Positions 48,014 through 62,500 of a stretch of DNA of 64,000 bases are shown piece after piece. The DNA lies in contig OZ024740.1 in assembly GCA_964016885.1 (NCBI GenBank), forward strand, positions 419,864,001-419,928,000, given 5' to 3'. Made by a program: the position numbers and the translations under genes. Under the pieces are notes generated by a model that was not told the origin of the DNA, did no database searches, and saw only the letters and a list, made by a program, of their open reading frames with translations. The number at the start of each line of letters is the position of its first letter. Within the stretch, counting starts at the first letter, position 1. This DNA comes from Eledone cirrhosa (Eukaryota).

Positions 48014-48428
48014 TTCTTGTGGTTTTATAATTTCCCAAAGTTTTACCAATAGAGAGAGTCGGTTTCTAACATAGACACAAGACTCCCTCATTGGAATTAC
48101 ACAACATCAACTAGGTAGATATGTATGTATGCATGCATGTGTAGGTATGGATGTTATTGTATGTGAGGATGTGTATGTTTTGAGTTGTATGTGTGCATGT
48201 GCATATGCTTTGTATCTGTACATGTGTATATGCAGTTATTAGATGCAAAATTTTTGGAATGTTTTACATATGTTTACTGTTCCATTAATGGATTGTACTT
48301 GTAATTTCCTAACTAGTCGTGTTCTTTCTGTTCCTGTGAAGCCCAGCTTCTCAAGATTTGTACTGAGGTAGTTACTAACATATCCCAGTGCCCCAATAAT
48401 CACAGGCATAAATCTGAAGGTATATGTA
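48014..48428 (-). mobile_element. 3' fragment of an RLE-type (R4/Dong-like) LINE
   Basis: FMPVIIGALGYV...LEKLG...LQVQSINGTVNICKTF resembles the C-terminus that follows the RLE domain. Confidence 0.65.
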
Positions 48429-48429
48429 T

Positions 48430-48995
48430 GTATGCCTTTGAAGTATCTCGAATCGCATATGAGAAAGTAAAAAGGGATGTGAGGAAAGGCATTATTACTG
48501 TTGCATTTCCAGACAGCGAAGGTCCTTCTATGGCGCTGACATGCAGCGTCTGTGCGAGACTCTGCCTCAGCAAAGCTGGACTCGAAAGTCACCTTCGCAG
48601 TCATAAAGTGAGACCAATGGTTGACTACCAGGCTGCTGTTAGAGATGCTACTCATCATGCCTGCCAAGCATGTGGAAGAGAGTGTAAATCAGCAGGAGGG
48701 CTAAAAAACATGAAAAAGTACACAAACTCCAACCATAGCCGGTTACTGCCAATGAATGTTTTGCTTGCCAACTCTGTGAAAGACATTTTAGATCATTGGC
48801 TGGGCTAAAAAGCCACATTCGATCACAGCACTGTTAATTGTTATCATGTGTGTGTGTGTGTGTGTGTGTGTATAGATGTGTGCGTGTGTGTGTGTATATA
48901 TAATATATATATATTATATATATATAATTTTTTTTTTTTTTCGTGCAATGGCCATGCCCAATAACGAGGGGGCAGCCATCATGTATGTATGTATG
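48430..48995 (+). mobile_element. 3' fragment of an RTE/BovB-like LINE with three C2H2 fingers
   Basis: FEVSRIAYEKVKRDVRK, then CSVCARLCLSKAGLESHLRSH, CQACGRECKSAGGLK and (after a frameshift) CQLCERHFRSLAGLKSHIRSQH. Ends in a (tgta)n tail. Confidence 0.7.
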
Positions 48996-49287
48996 TGTGT
49001 GTGTGTGTATATATATATATACACACTTAAGTCCCCCCCCCCCTCCCAATTCCATAACTGTATCGGAAGCTCTGATCTTTGTATTGCTGAGAAATAGAGA
49101 AGCAAATGTTACTTCATATATTGAAACATACAAGCAACTTATCTTACAATCATATCTTTTGTCAAGGAGCAATCATTACTGAACTTTATGGAATAATCAG
49201 TTACAAAGGTCATCTATATTCTGTAGATTTAATCAAAGATTTGACAATACATTGCAACCAACCAAAATGTGGAGAGTTAAAATTGTT

Positions 49288-49548
49288 CATGATGTATATA
49301 TATCATGATGTATATATATATCATGATGTATATATATCATGATGTATATAAATTATGATGTATATATATCATAATGTATATATATCACAATGTATATATA
49401 TCATGATGTATATATATCATGATGTATATATATCATGATGTATATTTATCATGATGTATATATATCTATATCATGATGTATATATATCATGATGTATATA
49501 TATATATCATGATGTATATATATCTATATCATGATGTATATATATATA
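49288..49548. repeat. ~16-bp minisatellite (tatatatcatgatgta)
   Basis: Read directly. Related arrays occur at 50085-50145 and 50620-50720. Confidence 0.9.
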
Positions 49549-49550
49549 TG

Positions 49551-50090
49551 AGAGAGACTGAGCATGAGAGCAATCAAATGCTGTGTGCAGGAGAAGCGGT
49601 TGCGTTGGTATGGACATGTGATGCATATGAAGGATGACAGCTGCATAAAAATGTGCAGAGCACTAGAAGTCAATGGAAGCTGCGGAGTGGAGAGACCCAA
49701 GAAGACCTGGGATGAGGTGATAAAAGCCGACCTTACCCAGTCGCACCTCTCAAAGGCAATGACACACGACCGTGACCTCTGGCGTCATGCAGTAATACAG
49801 AGTACCAGACCTCCCATGGGTACAAGCCGAAGCTGAAGCATATAGACAATATGCCCCACACCCTCCCACTGTACAGTGGACGGAAAAAGGCGCCACGGAA
49901 AAAAGCACCCAGCACTCACTGTAAATGAGGTTGGTGTTAGGAAGGGCATCCAGCTGTAGAAATCAGGCCAGAATCAGTTCCTGTATGAGCAAGGCATTGT
50001 AAGCCGACCAGACACTGCCCACAACAGGACAACCCGTCTAACCCATGCTAGCATGGAAGAACGGACGAAAAACAGTGATGATGATGATGA
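49551..50090 (+). mobile_element. RTE 3' fragment
   Basis: RLRWYGHVM...KKTWDEVI followed by the 3' UTR. Confidence 0.9.
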
Positions 50091-50229
50091 TATATATATA
50101 TCATGATGTATATATATGTATATATCAAGATGTATATATATATATATAATAATTGTTATACTTTGGAGGGTCATGTTGCCAATAAGATAAAGAATCTTGC
50201 TAAACAAATTCAGAAACGAAATATATAAT

Positions 50230-50818
50230 AATTGTTTCTAGTTTAGGCACAAGGCCAGCAATAACCCAGTATATTACTGGTACTTTATTTTATCGACCCC
50301 TTAAGGATGAAAAGCAAAGTTAACCTTGGCGGGATTTGAACTCAGACTGTAATGGGACGTAACTATGCTAGAAAGCATGGCGTCCGACCCTCTACCGATA
50401 CGGCCAATTCACTGCCATATATATATATATAATTGTTTCTACTTTAGGCACAAGGCCAGCAATTACCCAGTGCATTACTGGTACTTTATTTTATCGACCC
50501 TGTAAGGATGAAAGGCAAAGTCAACCTCGGCGGGATTTGAACTCAGATCGTAAAGGGACGTAACTATGCTGGAAAGCATGGCGTCCGACCCAATCCACCG
50601 CCCTTTATATATATATATATAATGATGTATATATATATATATATATAATGATGTATATATACATCATGATGTATATATACATCATGATGTATATATATAT
50701 CATGATGTATATATATCATGGTGTATCTTTGCCTTTCATCCTTACGCAGTCGATAAAATAAAATACCAGTAATGCACTGAGATAATTGCTGGCCTTGTGC
50801 CAAAAGTAGAAACAATTT
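50230..50818. mobile_element. SINE A cluster (- 50230-50417, - 50431-50602, + 50726-50818)
   Basis: Homology to SINE A. Confidence 0.9.
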
Positions 50819-50876
50819 TATGTATATATATATATATATCATGATATCATTATATATATATTTAAATATATATATA

Positions 50877-51205
50877 GGAGGCACATGGCTTAGTGGTTAG
50901 AGCATTGACCTTGCAATCGAAAGGTTGTGAGTTCAATTCTCAGACTGGGTGATGTGTTGTTTCCTTGAGCAAGACACTTTATTTCACATTGCTCCAGTTT
51001 ACTCAGCTGTAGAAATGAGATGATAAGGACTGGGGTCCATATCATACCATTGCAAAGTGGTCGTGGAGGTGCCACGGCAAAAAAAGCACCCAGCACTCAC
51101 TGTAAATGAGGTTGGTGTTAGGAAGGGCATCCAGCTGTAGAAATCAAGCCAGAATCAGTTCCCGTCCCACCCTTGCAAGCAGGGAAAAAGTGGACATAAA
51201 ATGAA
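50877..51205 (+). mobile_element. SINE B
   Basis: Homology to 42862-43190. Confidence 0.92.
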
Positions 51206-51227
51206 TTGATGATGAAATGATGATAGA

Positions 51228-52040
51228 TGAACATAGACTCATAATTAGCGACCTCATAGTCAGGACGATGCGTACTCGACAGCAGAAGAGGACTATTCTC
51301 AGGAGAAAAATATGGAATCTAAAGGACCCCAGAGCCAGAAATAAATTTAAAAGCATATTACTTGATGCTTTCGACAGTAAGGAAGAGCATTTAGAGTCAT
51401 ACAATATAGAGGAACAGTGGGAATTCCTGAAAGCAAACCTGCTGATGGCGGCAGACGAAGTCTGTGGCTGGAGCAGGCCTATAGGCAGGAGGAGAGTAAC
51501 ATGGTGGTGGAACAGTAAGGTGGAGGAGTCAATTAAGGCCAAAAAGCAGGCTTGGAAAGTATGGTGAGATGGGGGATGTAGAGAAGACTATCAAGTGGCC
51601 AGGAGGGAAGCTAGGAGACAAGTGTACTTCGCAAGAAGGGAAGCAGAGGAAAGAAAGTTCAAGCATGTTCTACAACGCAAGGACCAAAAACGTGAGGTGT
51701 TCAGGATTGCTAGGCAGTGTGTCAAGGAAAACCGTGATATTGTCGGGTAGAAGTGTGTACTTAATGATGATGGTGTACTTGCCATCACTGACGCTGATAA
51801 GAAGGTAGCTTGGAAGTGTCACTACGAAAGGCTACTAAATGAGGAGAATAAATGGGAGAAAGACAGTCTCCCCCACATCGACCCAATAGAGGGACCAGCA
51901 GTGTTAGTCGAAGGTAGTATAATAAGTAAGGCAATCAAAGATATGAAGACGGGTAAAGCGGCTGGGCCTTCGGAAATAGTTGCTGAGATGCTGAAAGCCT
52001 CTGGAACGGTGGAACACACCATGGTCACCCGGATAGTAAA
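51228..52040 (+). mobile_element. Internal RTE fragment (end of APE through linker), lacking the 3' end
   Basis: HRLIISDL..IWNLK..TWWWN..; matches 38850-39210 and ends at a TTAA-MITE right end (52041-52070). Confidence 0.85.
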
Positions 52041-52127
52041 TATAGAGTAATGTAAATGGTAAAGGGTTAAAAGGCAGAGGTGAAGATAGTTGGATGCCAC
52101 ACACACATATATATATATATAAATACA

Positions 52128-52455
52128 TACTCCCGCTTATTAATTTTTCAGATTTACCTCCAGCCCCTGCTTATAAAATTTTGCTAATCTATCTCCAGCA
52201 AAATTTTATTTTATGTGGTAACATTCCTGCAACAATTAATTTTCTTTAGACATGAAAAAATATTATACATGACAAAAAAAGAAGATTACTTGAAATCCCA
52301 TTTGTTATAAAATAAATAAGATGGGTTTGGGTTTCAATATGAAAACTAAATGACTAATTCTGGTTTTTTAAAAAATCAATGGAAACAACCGAGAAAAATG
52401 ACCGATTTTCCACCCCACCCACGTATCCCCCCTCCCCGCTTATCCCCCTCCCCTT
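52128..52455 (+). mobile_element. Repeat family D, uninterrupted copy
   Basis: Homology to 35645-35785 plus 37114-37255. Confidence 0.7.
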
Positions 52456-53535
52456 ATTTGTTGTGTTCATTCCTTGGCGATCTTCAGAATCTCTTATTTA
52501 TTTATTTGTATGTTGTTTAACCCTAGGTCAGCCTTAATTCAGCAGATATGATCAAAACAATCCCCAATCTTGTTTCCAGGAATAGACTACCTAGGACTAC
52601 ATTTTTCTTTATTTTTACAATGGTAGGGTGAGATTTAGATACTATTTTTAGCAACCATATAGAGGCCCCCTCAATGGCTTGTTATTTATGTATATATCTT
52701 GCCGACACACTAATGGCTAGAAGTATTATTTAAAGTACCACAGTTATAAAATACAGTGGAACAAGTTAGTTCATGAACAATTTTTCCAAACATAAAACAT
52801 CTCAGTTGATGAGAAGTATCTCGAGTAACAAACACACAAGCCAGCAACAACGGTTGGCAACAAGCTGGGAATATCGGTGGGAAAGCATCACTTGCTGTGA
52901 TATCTATCTGTCTTTCACACACAGTCTCTCTCTCTCTCTCTTTCACACACAGTCTCTCTCTCTCTCTCAACATTTGATATGGGGGAAATAGTTTTGGTTC
53001 TCTTACAAACACTTTGGATGATAACAGCCTTCAGGAACAAATTAAGTTTGTGAACCAATGTTCCTCTGTATATATTAAATGAATACCTCCAAGCTCTGTT
53101 TTTTTACTCTATTTATTCTTGAAAGTGTGTTACTGCTGTCGAATCAGTCCATCACCTTTACAATAATAGGATTGTTGAAAATATTTCACAACCTACTGGG
53201 CTTATTATTCTTTTCTGTCTTCTTTGTTTAAGATAAACAAAAACTAAAGAGGAATTCACTGTCTCAACAGATAAACAATTCATTTTTCGGTTAATACATG
53301 TTTTCCTTTGTTTCCTTATTCCAACAAAAAATCCATAGCTTATTATATTCACTCAATGACCGCAACAACAGCGACAGTAGTAGCAGCAACAACAGCAGCA
53401 TCAACAGCATCAGTAGCAGTGTAAACACTAGTCAAATATCAGCAGTTGGAAGTGTGTTAGAGTGAATGCTTTGCTTTCGCTACAACTTTCACACATTGGA
53501 GACAAAGCCTGCTGCTGTTTTAACATGATACTACT

Positions 53536-56500
53536 CAATACCAACCCACCTAAAACTCTCCCTGTTCTCTGATAAAACTCTCCATTATAGCAATACCACC
53601 CCCCTAAAACTCTCCCTGTTCTCTGATAAAACTCCCCATTATAGCAATACCAACTCACCTAAAACTCTCCCTATTCTCTGATAAAACTCCCCATTATAGC
53701 AATACCAACCCACCTAAAACTCTCCCTGTTCTCTGATAAAACTCTCCATTATAGCAATACCAACCCACCTAAAACTGTTCCTGCTTCTCTGATAAAACTC
53801 CCCATTATAGCAATACCAACTCACCTAAAACTCTCCCTATTCTCTGATAAAACTCCCCATTATAGCAATACCAACCCACCTAAAACTCTCCCTGTTCTCT
53901 GATAAAACTCTCCATTATAGCAATACCAACCCACCTAAAACTGTTCCTGCTTCTCTGATAAAACTCCCCATTATAGCAATACCAACTCACCTAAAACTCT
54001 CCCTATTCTCTGATAAAACTCTCCATTATAGCAATACCAACTCACCTAAAACTCTCCCTGTTCTCTGATAAAACTCTCCATTATAGCAATACCAACCCAC
54101 CTAAAACTGTTCCTGCTTCTCTGATAAAACTCCCCATTATAGCAATACCAACCCACCTAAAACTCTCCCTATTCTCTGATAAAACTCTCCATTATAGCAA
54201 TACCAACCCACCTAAAACTCTCCCTGTTCTCTGATAAAACTCTCCATTATAGCAATACCAACCCACCTAAAACTCTCCCTGTTCTCTGATAAAACTCTCC
54301 ATTATAGCAATACCAACCCACCTAAAACTCTCCCTGTTCTCTGATAAAACTCCCCATTATAGCAATACCAACCCACCTAAAACTCTCCCTGTTCTCTGAT
54401 AAAACTCCCCATTATAGCAATACCAACCCACCTAAAACTCTCCCTGTTCTCTGATAAAACTCTCCATTATAGCAATACCAACCCCCCTAAAACTGTTCCT
54501 GCTTCTCTGATAAAACTCCCCATTATAGCAATACCGACCCCCCTAAAACTGTTCCTGCTTCTCTGATAAAACTCCCCATTATAGCAATACCAAACCCCCT
54601 AAAACTGTTCCTGCTTCTCTGATAAACTCCCCATTATAGCAATACCAACCCACCTAAAACTGTTCCTGCTTCTCTGATAAAACTCTCCATTATAGCAATA
54701 CCAACCCCCCTAAAACTGTTCCTGCTTCTCTGATAAAACTCTCCATTATAGCAATACCAACCCCCCTAAAACTGTTCCTGCTTCTCTGATAAAACTCCCC
54801 ATTATAGCAATACCAACCCACCTAAAACTGTTCCTGCTTCTCTGATAAAACTCTCCATTATAGCAATACCAACCCACCTAAAACTCTCCCTATTCTCTCA
54901 TAAAACTCTCCATTATAGCAATACCAACCCCCCTAAAACTGTTCCTGTTCTATGATAAAACTCTCCATTATAGCAATACCAACCCACCTAAAACTCTCCC
55001 TGTTCTCTGATAAAACTCTCCATTATAGCAATACCAACCCACCTAAAACTCTCCCTGTTCTCTGATAAAACTCTCCATTATAGCAATACCAACCACCCTA
55101 AAACTCTCCCTGTTCTCTGATAAAACTCTCCATTATAGCAATACCAACCACCCTAAAACTGTTCCTGTTCTATGATAAAACTCTCCATTATAGCAATACC
55201 AACCCACCTAAAACTGTTCCTGCTTCTCTGATAAAACTCTCCATTATAGCAATACCAACTCACCTAAAACTCTCCGTGTTCTCTGATAAAACTCTCCATT
55301 ATAGCTATACCAACCCACCTAAAACTCTCCCTGTTCTCTGATAAAACTCCCCATTATAGCAATACCAACCCACCTAAACCTCTCACTGTTCTCTGATAAA
55401 ACTCTCCATTATAGCAATACCAACACACCTAAAACTCTCCTTGTTCTCTGATAAAACTCTCCATTATAGCAATACCAACCCACCTAAACCTCTCACTGTT
55501 CTCTGATAAAACTCTCCATTATAGCAATACCAACACACCTAAAACTCTCCTTGTTCTCTGATAAAACTCTCCATTATAGCAATACCAACCCACCTAAAAC
55601 TGTTCCTGCTTCTCTGATAAAACTCTCCATTATAGCAATACCAACCCACCTAGAACTCTACCTGTTCTCTGATAACACTCTCCATTTTAGCAATATCAAC
55701 CCACCTAAGACTCTCCCTGTTCTCTGATAAAACTCCCCATTATAGCAATACCAACCGACCTAAGACTCTCCCTGTTCTCTGATAAAACTCTCCATTATAG
55801 CAATACCAACCGACCTAAGACTCTCCCTGTTCTCTGATAAAACTCCCCATTATAGCAATACCAACCCACCTAAAACTCTCCCTGTTCTCTGATAAAACTC
55901 TCCATTATAGCAATACCAACCCACCTAAAACTGTTCCTACTTCTCTGCTAAAACTCTCCATTATAGCAATACCAACCCACCTAAAACTGTTCCTGCTTCT
56001 CTGATAAAACTCTCCATTATAGCAATACCAACCCACCTAAAACTGTTCCTGCTTCTCTGATAACACTCTCCATTATAGCAATACCAACCCACCTAAAACT
56101 GTTCCTGCTTCTCTGATAAAACTCTCCATTATAGCAATACCAACCCACCTAAAACTGTTCCTGCTTCTCTGATAAAACTCTCCATTATAGCAATACCAAC
56201 TCACCTAAAACTCTCCCTGTTCTCTGATAAAACTCTCCATTATAGCAATACCAACCCACCTAAAACTCTCCCTGTTCTCTGATAAAACTCTTCATTATAG
56301 CAATACCAACCCACCTAAAACTATCCATTATAGCAATACCAACCCACCTAAAACTCTCCCTGTTCTCTGATAAAACTCTCCATTATAGCAATACCAACCC
56401 ACCTAAAACTGTTCCTGCTTCTCTGCTAAAACTCTCCATTATAGCAATACCAACCCACCTAAAACTGTTCCTGCTTCTCTGATAAAACTCTCCATTATAG

Positions 56501-59500
56501 CAATACCAACCCACCTAAAACTGTTCCTGCTTCTCTGATAACACTCTCCATTATAGCAATACCAACCCATCTAAAACTGTTCCTGCTTCTCTGATAAAAC
56601 TCTCCATTATAGCAATACCAACCCACCTAAAACTGTTCCTGCTTCTCTGATAAAACTCTCCATTATAGCAATACCAACTCACCTAAAACTCTCCCTGTTC
56701 TCTGATAAAACTCTCCATTATAGCAATACCAACCCACCTAAAACTCTCCCTGTTCTCTGATAAAACTCTTCATTATAGCAATACCAACCCACCTAAAACT
56801 ATCCCTGTTCTCTGATAAAACTCTCCATTATAGCAATACCAACCCACCTAAAACTCTCCCTGTTCTCTGATAAAACTCTCCATTATAGCAATACCAACCC
56901 ACCTAAAACTCTCCCTGTTCTCTGATAAAACTCTCCATTATAGCAATACCAACTCACCTAAAACTCTCCCTGTTCTCTGATAAAACTCTCCATTATAGCA
57001 ATACCAACCCCCCTAAAACTGTTCCTGTTCTCTGATAAAACTCTCCATTATAGCAATACCAACCGACCTAAAACTCGCCCTGTTCTCTGATAAAACTCTC
57101 CATTATAGCAATACCAACCCCCCTAAAACTGTTCCTGTTCTCTGATAAAACTCTCCATTATAGCAATACCAACTCACCTAAAACTCTCCCTGTTCTCTGA
57201 TAAAACTCTCCATTATAGCAATACCAACCCCCCTAAAACTGTTCCTGTTCTCTGATAAAACTCTCCATTATAGCAATACCAACCCACCTAAAACTCGCCC
57301 TGTTCTCTGATAAAACTCTACATTATAGCAATACCAACCCACCTAAAACTCTCCCTGTTCTCTGATAAAACTCTCCATTATAGCAATACCAACCGACCTA
57401 AAACTCGCCCTGTTCTCTGATAAAACTCTCCATTATAGCAATACCAACCGACCTAAAACTCTCCCTGTTCTCTGATAAAACTCTCCATTATAGCAATACC
57501 AACTCACCTAAAACTCTCCCTGTTCTCTGATAAAACTCTCCATTATAGCAATACCAACCCACCTAAAACTGTTCCTGCTTCTCTGATAAAACTCTCCATT
57601 ATAGCAATACCAACCCACCTAAAACTGTTCCTGCTTCTCTGATAAAACTCTCCATTATAGCAATACCAACCCACCTAAAACTGTTCCTGCTTCTCTGATA
57701 AAACTCTCCATTATAGCAATACCAACCCACCTAAAACTGTTCCTGCTTCTCTGATAAAACTCTCCATTATAGCAATACCAACCCACCTAAAACTGTTCCT
57801 GCTTCTCTGATAAAACTCTCCATTATAGCAATACCAACCCACCTAAAACTGTTCCTGTTCTCTGATAAAACTCTCCATTATAGCAATACCAACCCCCCTA
57901 AAACTGTTCCTGTTCTCTGATAAAACTCTCCATTATAGCAATACCAACCCACCTAAAACTCTCCCTGTTCTCTGATAAAACTCTCCATTATAGCAATACC
58001 AACCCACCTAAAACTGTTCCTGCTTCTCTGATAAAACTCTCCATTATAGCAATACCAACCCACCTAAAACTGTTCCTGCTTCTCTGATAAAACTCTCCAT
58101 TATAGCAATACCAACCCACCTAAAACTGTTCCTGCTTCTCTGATAAAACTCTCCATTATAGCAATACCAACCCACCTAAAACTGTTCCTGCTTCTCTGAT
58201 AAAACTCTCCATTATAGCAATACCAACCCACCTAAAACTGTTCCTGCTTCTCTGATAAAACTCTCCATTATAGCAATACCAACCCACCTAAAACTGTTCC
58301 TGCTTCTCTGATAAAACTCTCCATTATAGCAATACCAACCCACCTAAAACTGTTCCTGTTCTCTGATAAAACTCTCCATTATAGCAATACCAACCCCCCT
58401 AAAACTGTTCCTGTTCTCTGATAAAACTCTCCATTATAGCAATACCAACCCACCTAAAACTCTCCCTGTTCTCTGATAAAACTCTCCATTATAGCAATAC
58501 CAACCCACCTAAAACTGTTCCTGCTTCTCTGATAAAACTCTCCATTATAGCAATACCAACCCACCTAAAACTGTTCCTGTTCTCTGATAAAACTCTCCAT
58601 TATAGCAATACCAACCCCCCTAAAACTGTTCCTGTTCTCTGATAAAACTCTCCATTATAGCAATACCAACCCACCTAAAACTCTCCCTGTTCTCTGATAA
58701 AACTCTCCATTATAGCAATACCAACCCACCTAAAACTGTTCCTGCTTCTCTGATAAAACTCTCCATTATAGCAATACCAACCGACCTAAAACTCGCCCTG
58801 TTCTCTGATAAAACTCTCCATTATAGCAATACCAACCCCCCTAAAACTGTTCCTGCTTCTCTGATAAAACTCTCCATTATAGCAATACCAACCCACCTAA
58901 AACTCTCCCTGTTCTCTGATAAAACTCTCCATTATAGCAATACCAACCCACCTAAAACTGTTCCTGCTTCTCTGATAAAACTCTCCATTATAGCAATACC
59001 AACCGACCTAAAACTCTCCCTGTTCTCTGATAAAACTCTCCATTATAGCAATACCAACCCACCTAAAACTGTTCCTGTTTTCTGTTAAAACTCTCCATTA
59101 TAGCAATACCAACCCCCCTAAAACTCTCCCTGTTCTCTGATAAAACTCTCCATTATAGCAATACCAACCCCCCTAAAACTGTTCCTGTTTTCTGTTAAAA
59201 CTCTCCATTATAGCAATACCAACCCACCTAAAACTCTCCCTGTTCTCTGATAAAACTCTCCATTATAGCAATACCAACCCCCCTAAAACTCTCCCTGTTC
59301 TCTGATAAAACTCTCCATTATAGCAATACCAACCCCCCTAAAACTGTTCCTGTTTTCTGTTAAAACTCTCCATTATAGCAATACCAACCCACCTAAAACT
59401 CTCCCTGTTCTCTGATAAAACTCTCCATTATAGCAATACCAACCCACCTAAAACTGTTCCTGTTTTCTGTTAAAACTCTCCATTATAGCAATACCAACTC

Positions 59501-62500
59501 ACCTAAAACTGTTCCTGTTTTCTGTTAAAACTCTCCATTATAGCAATACCAACCCCCCTAAAACTGTTCCTGTTTTCTGTTAAAACTCTCCATTATAGCA
59601 ATACCAACTCACCTAAAACTCTCCCTGTTCTCTGATAAAACTCTCCATTATAGCAATACCAACCCACCTAAAACTGTTCCTGTTTTCTGTTAAAACTCTC
59701 CATTATAGCAATACCAACCCACCTAAAACTGTTCCTGTTTTCTGTTAAAACTCTCCATTATAGCAATACCAACCCACCTAAAACTGTTCCTGTTTTCTGT
59801 TAAAACTCTCCATTATAGCAATACCAACCCACCTAAAACTCTCCCTGTTCTCTGATAAAACTCTCCATTATAGCAATACCAACCCACCTAAAACTGTTCC
59901 TGTTTTCTGTTAAAACTCTCCATTATAGCAATACCAACCCCCCTAAAACTGTTCCTGTTCTATGATAAAACTCCCCATTATAGCAATACCAACCCCCCTA
60001 AAACTGTTCCTGTTCTATGATAAAACTCTCCATTATAGCAATACCAACCCCCCTAAAACTGTTCCTGTTTTCTGTTAAAACTCTCCATTATAGCAATACC
60101 AACTCACCTAAAACTCTCCCTGTTCTCTGATAAAACTCTCCATTATAGCAATACCAACCCCCCTAAAACTGTTCCTGTTTTCTGTTAAAACTCTCCATTA
60201 TAGCAATACCAACCCACCTAAAACTCTCCCTGTTCTCTGATAACACGCTCCATTTTAGCAATATCAACCCACCTACGACTCTCCCTGTTCTCTGATAAAA
60301 CTCTCCATTATAGCAATACCAACCCACCTAAAACTCTCCATTATAGCAATACCAACCCACCTAAAACTCTCCCTGTTCTCTGATAAAACTCTCCATTATA
60401 GCAATACCAACCCACCTAAACCTCTCACTGTTCTCTGATAAAACTCTCCATTATAGCAATACCAACCCACCTAGAACTCTACCTGTTCTCTGATAACACT
60501 CTCCATTTTAGCAATATCAACCCACCTAAGACTCTCCCTGTTCTCTGATAAAACTCTCCATTATAGCAATACCAACCCACCTAAAACTCTCCCTGTTCTC
60601 TGATAAAACTCTCCATTATAGCAATACCAACACACCTAAAACTGTTCCTGCTTCTCCGATAAAACTCTCCATTATAGCAATACCAACCCACCTAAAACTC
60701 TCCCTGTTCTCTGATAAAACTCTCCATTATAGCAATACCAACCCACCTAAAACTCTCCCTGTTCTCTGATAAAACTCTCCATTATAGCAATACCAACCCA
60801 CCTAAAACTCTCCATTATATCAATACCAACCCACCTAAAACTGTTCCTGCTTCTCTGATAAAACTCTCCATTATAGCAATACCAACCCACCTAAAACTGT
60901 TCCTGCTTCTCTGATAAAACTCTCCATTATAGCAATACCAACCCACCTAAAACTGTTCCTGCTTCTCTGATAAAACTCTCCATTATAGCAATACCAACCC
61001 ACCTAAAACTGTTCCTGCTTCTCTGATAAAACTCTCCATTATAGCAATACCAACCCACCTAAAACTGTTCCTGCTTCTCTGATAAAACTCTCCATTATAG
61101 CAATACCAACCCACCTAAAACTGTTCCTGCTTCTCTGATAAAACTCTCCATTATAGCAATACCAACCCACCTAAAACTCTCCCTGTTCTCTGATAAAACT
61201 CTCCATTATAGCAATACCAACTCACCTAAAACTCTCCCTGTTCTCTGATAACACTCTCCATTATAGCAATACCAACCCACCTAAAACTGTTCCTGCTTGT
61301 CTGATAAAACTCTCCATTATAGCAATACCAACCCACCTAAAACTGTTCCTGCTTCTCTGATAAAACTCCCCATTATAGCAATACCAACCCACCTAAAACT
61401 GTTCCTGCTTCTCTGATAAAACTCTCCATTATAGCAATACCAACCCACCTAAAACTGTTCCTGCTTCTCTGATAAAACTCCTCATTATAGCAATACCAAC
61501 CCACCTAAAACTGTTCCTGCTTGTCTGATAAAACTCTCCATTATAGCAATACCAACCCACCTAAAACTGTTCCTGCTTCTCTGATAAAACTCCCCATTAT
61601 AGCAATACCAACCCACCTAAAACTGTTCCTGCTTCTCTGATAAAACTCTCCATTATAGCAATACCAACCCACCTAAAACTCTCCCTGTTCTCTGATAAAA
61701 CTCTCCATTATATCAATACCAACCCACCTAAAACTGTTCCTGCTTCTCTGATAAAACTCTCCATTATAGCAATACCAACCCACCTAAAACTGTTCCTGCT
61801 TCTCTGATAAAACTCTCCATTATAGCAATACCAACCCACCTAAAACTGTTCCTGCTTCTCTGATAAAACTCTCCATTATAGCAATACCAACCCACCTAAA
61901 ACTGTTCCTGCTTCTCTGATAAAACTCTCCATTATAGCAATACCAACCCACCTAAAACTGTTCCTGCTTCTCTGATAAAACTCTCCATTATAGCAATACC
62001 AACCCACCTAAAACTCTCCCTGTTCTCTGATAAAACTCTCCATTATAGCAATACCAACTCACCTAAAACTCTCCCTGTTCTCTGATAACACTCTCCATTA
62101 TAGCAATACCAACCCACCTAAAACTGTTCCTGCTTGTCTGATAAAACTCTCCATTATAGCAATACCAACCCACCTAAAACTGTTCCTGCTTCTCTGATAA
62201 AACTCCCCATTATAGCAATACCAACCCACCTAAAACTGTTCCTGCTTCTCTGATAAAACTCTCCATTATAGCAATACCAACCCACCTAAAACTCTCCCTG
62301 TTCTCTGATAAAACTCTCCATTATAGCAATACCAACCCACCTAAAACTCTCCATTATATCAATACCAACCCACCTAAAACTGTTCCTGCTTCTCTGATAA
62401 AACTCTCCATTATAGCAATACCAACCCACCTAAAACTGTTCCTGCTTCTCTGATAAAACTCTCCATTATAGCAATACCAACCCACCTAAAACTGTTCCTG

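Noticed and set aside
48040-48100. Hammerhead-like layout in the Dong-like 3' UTR (ccaatga...gaaaccga...ttggta, minus strand)
   Set aside because: The core has two mismatches, including G5, and stems I and II pair poorly.
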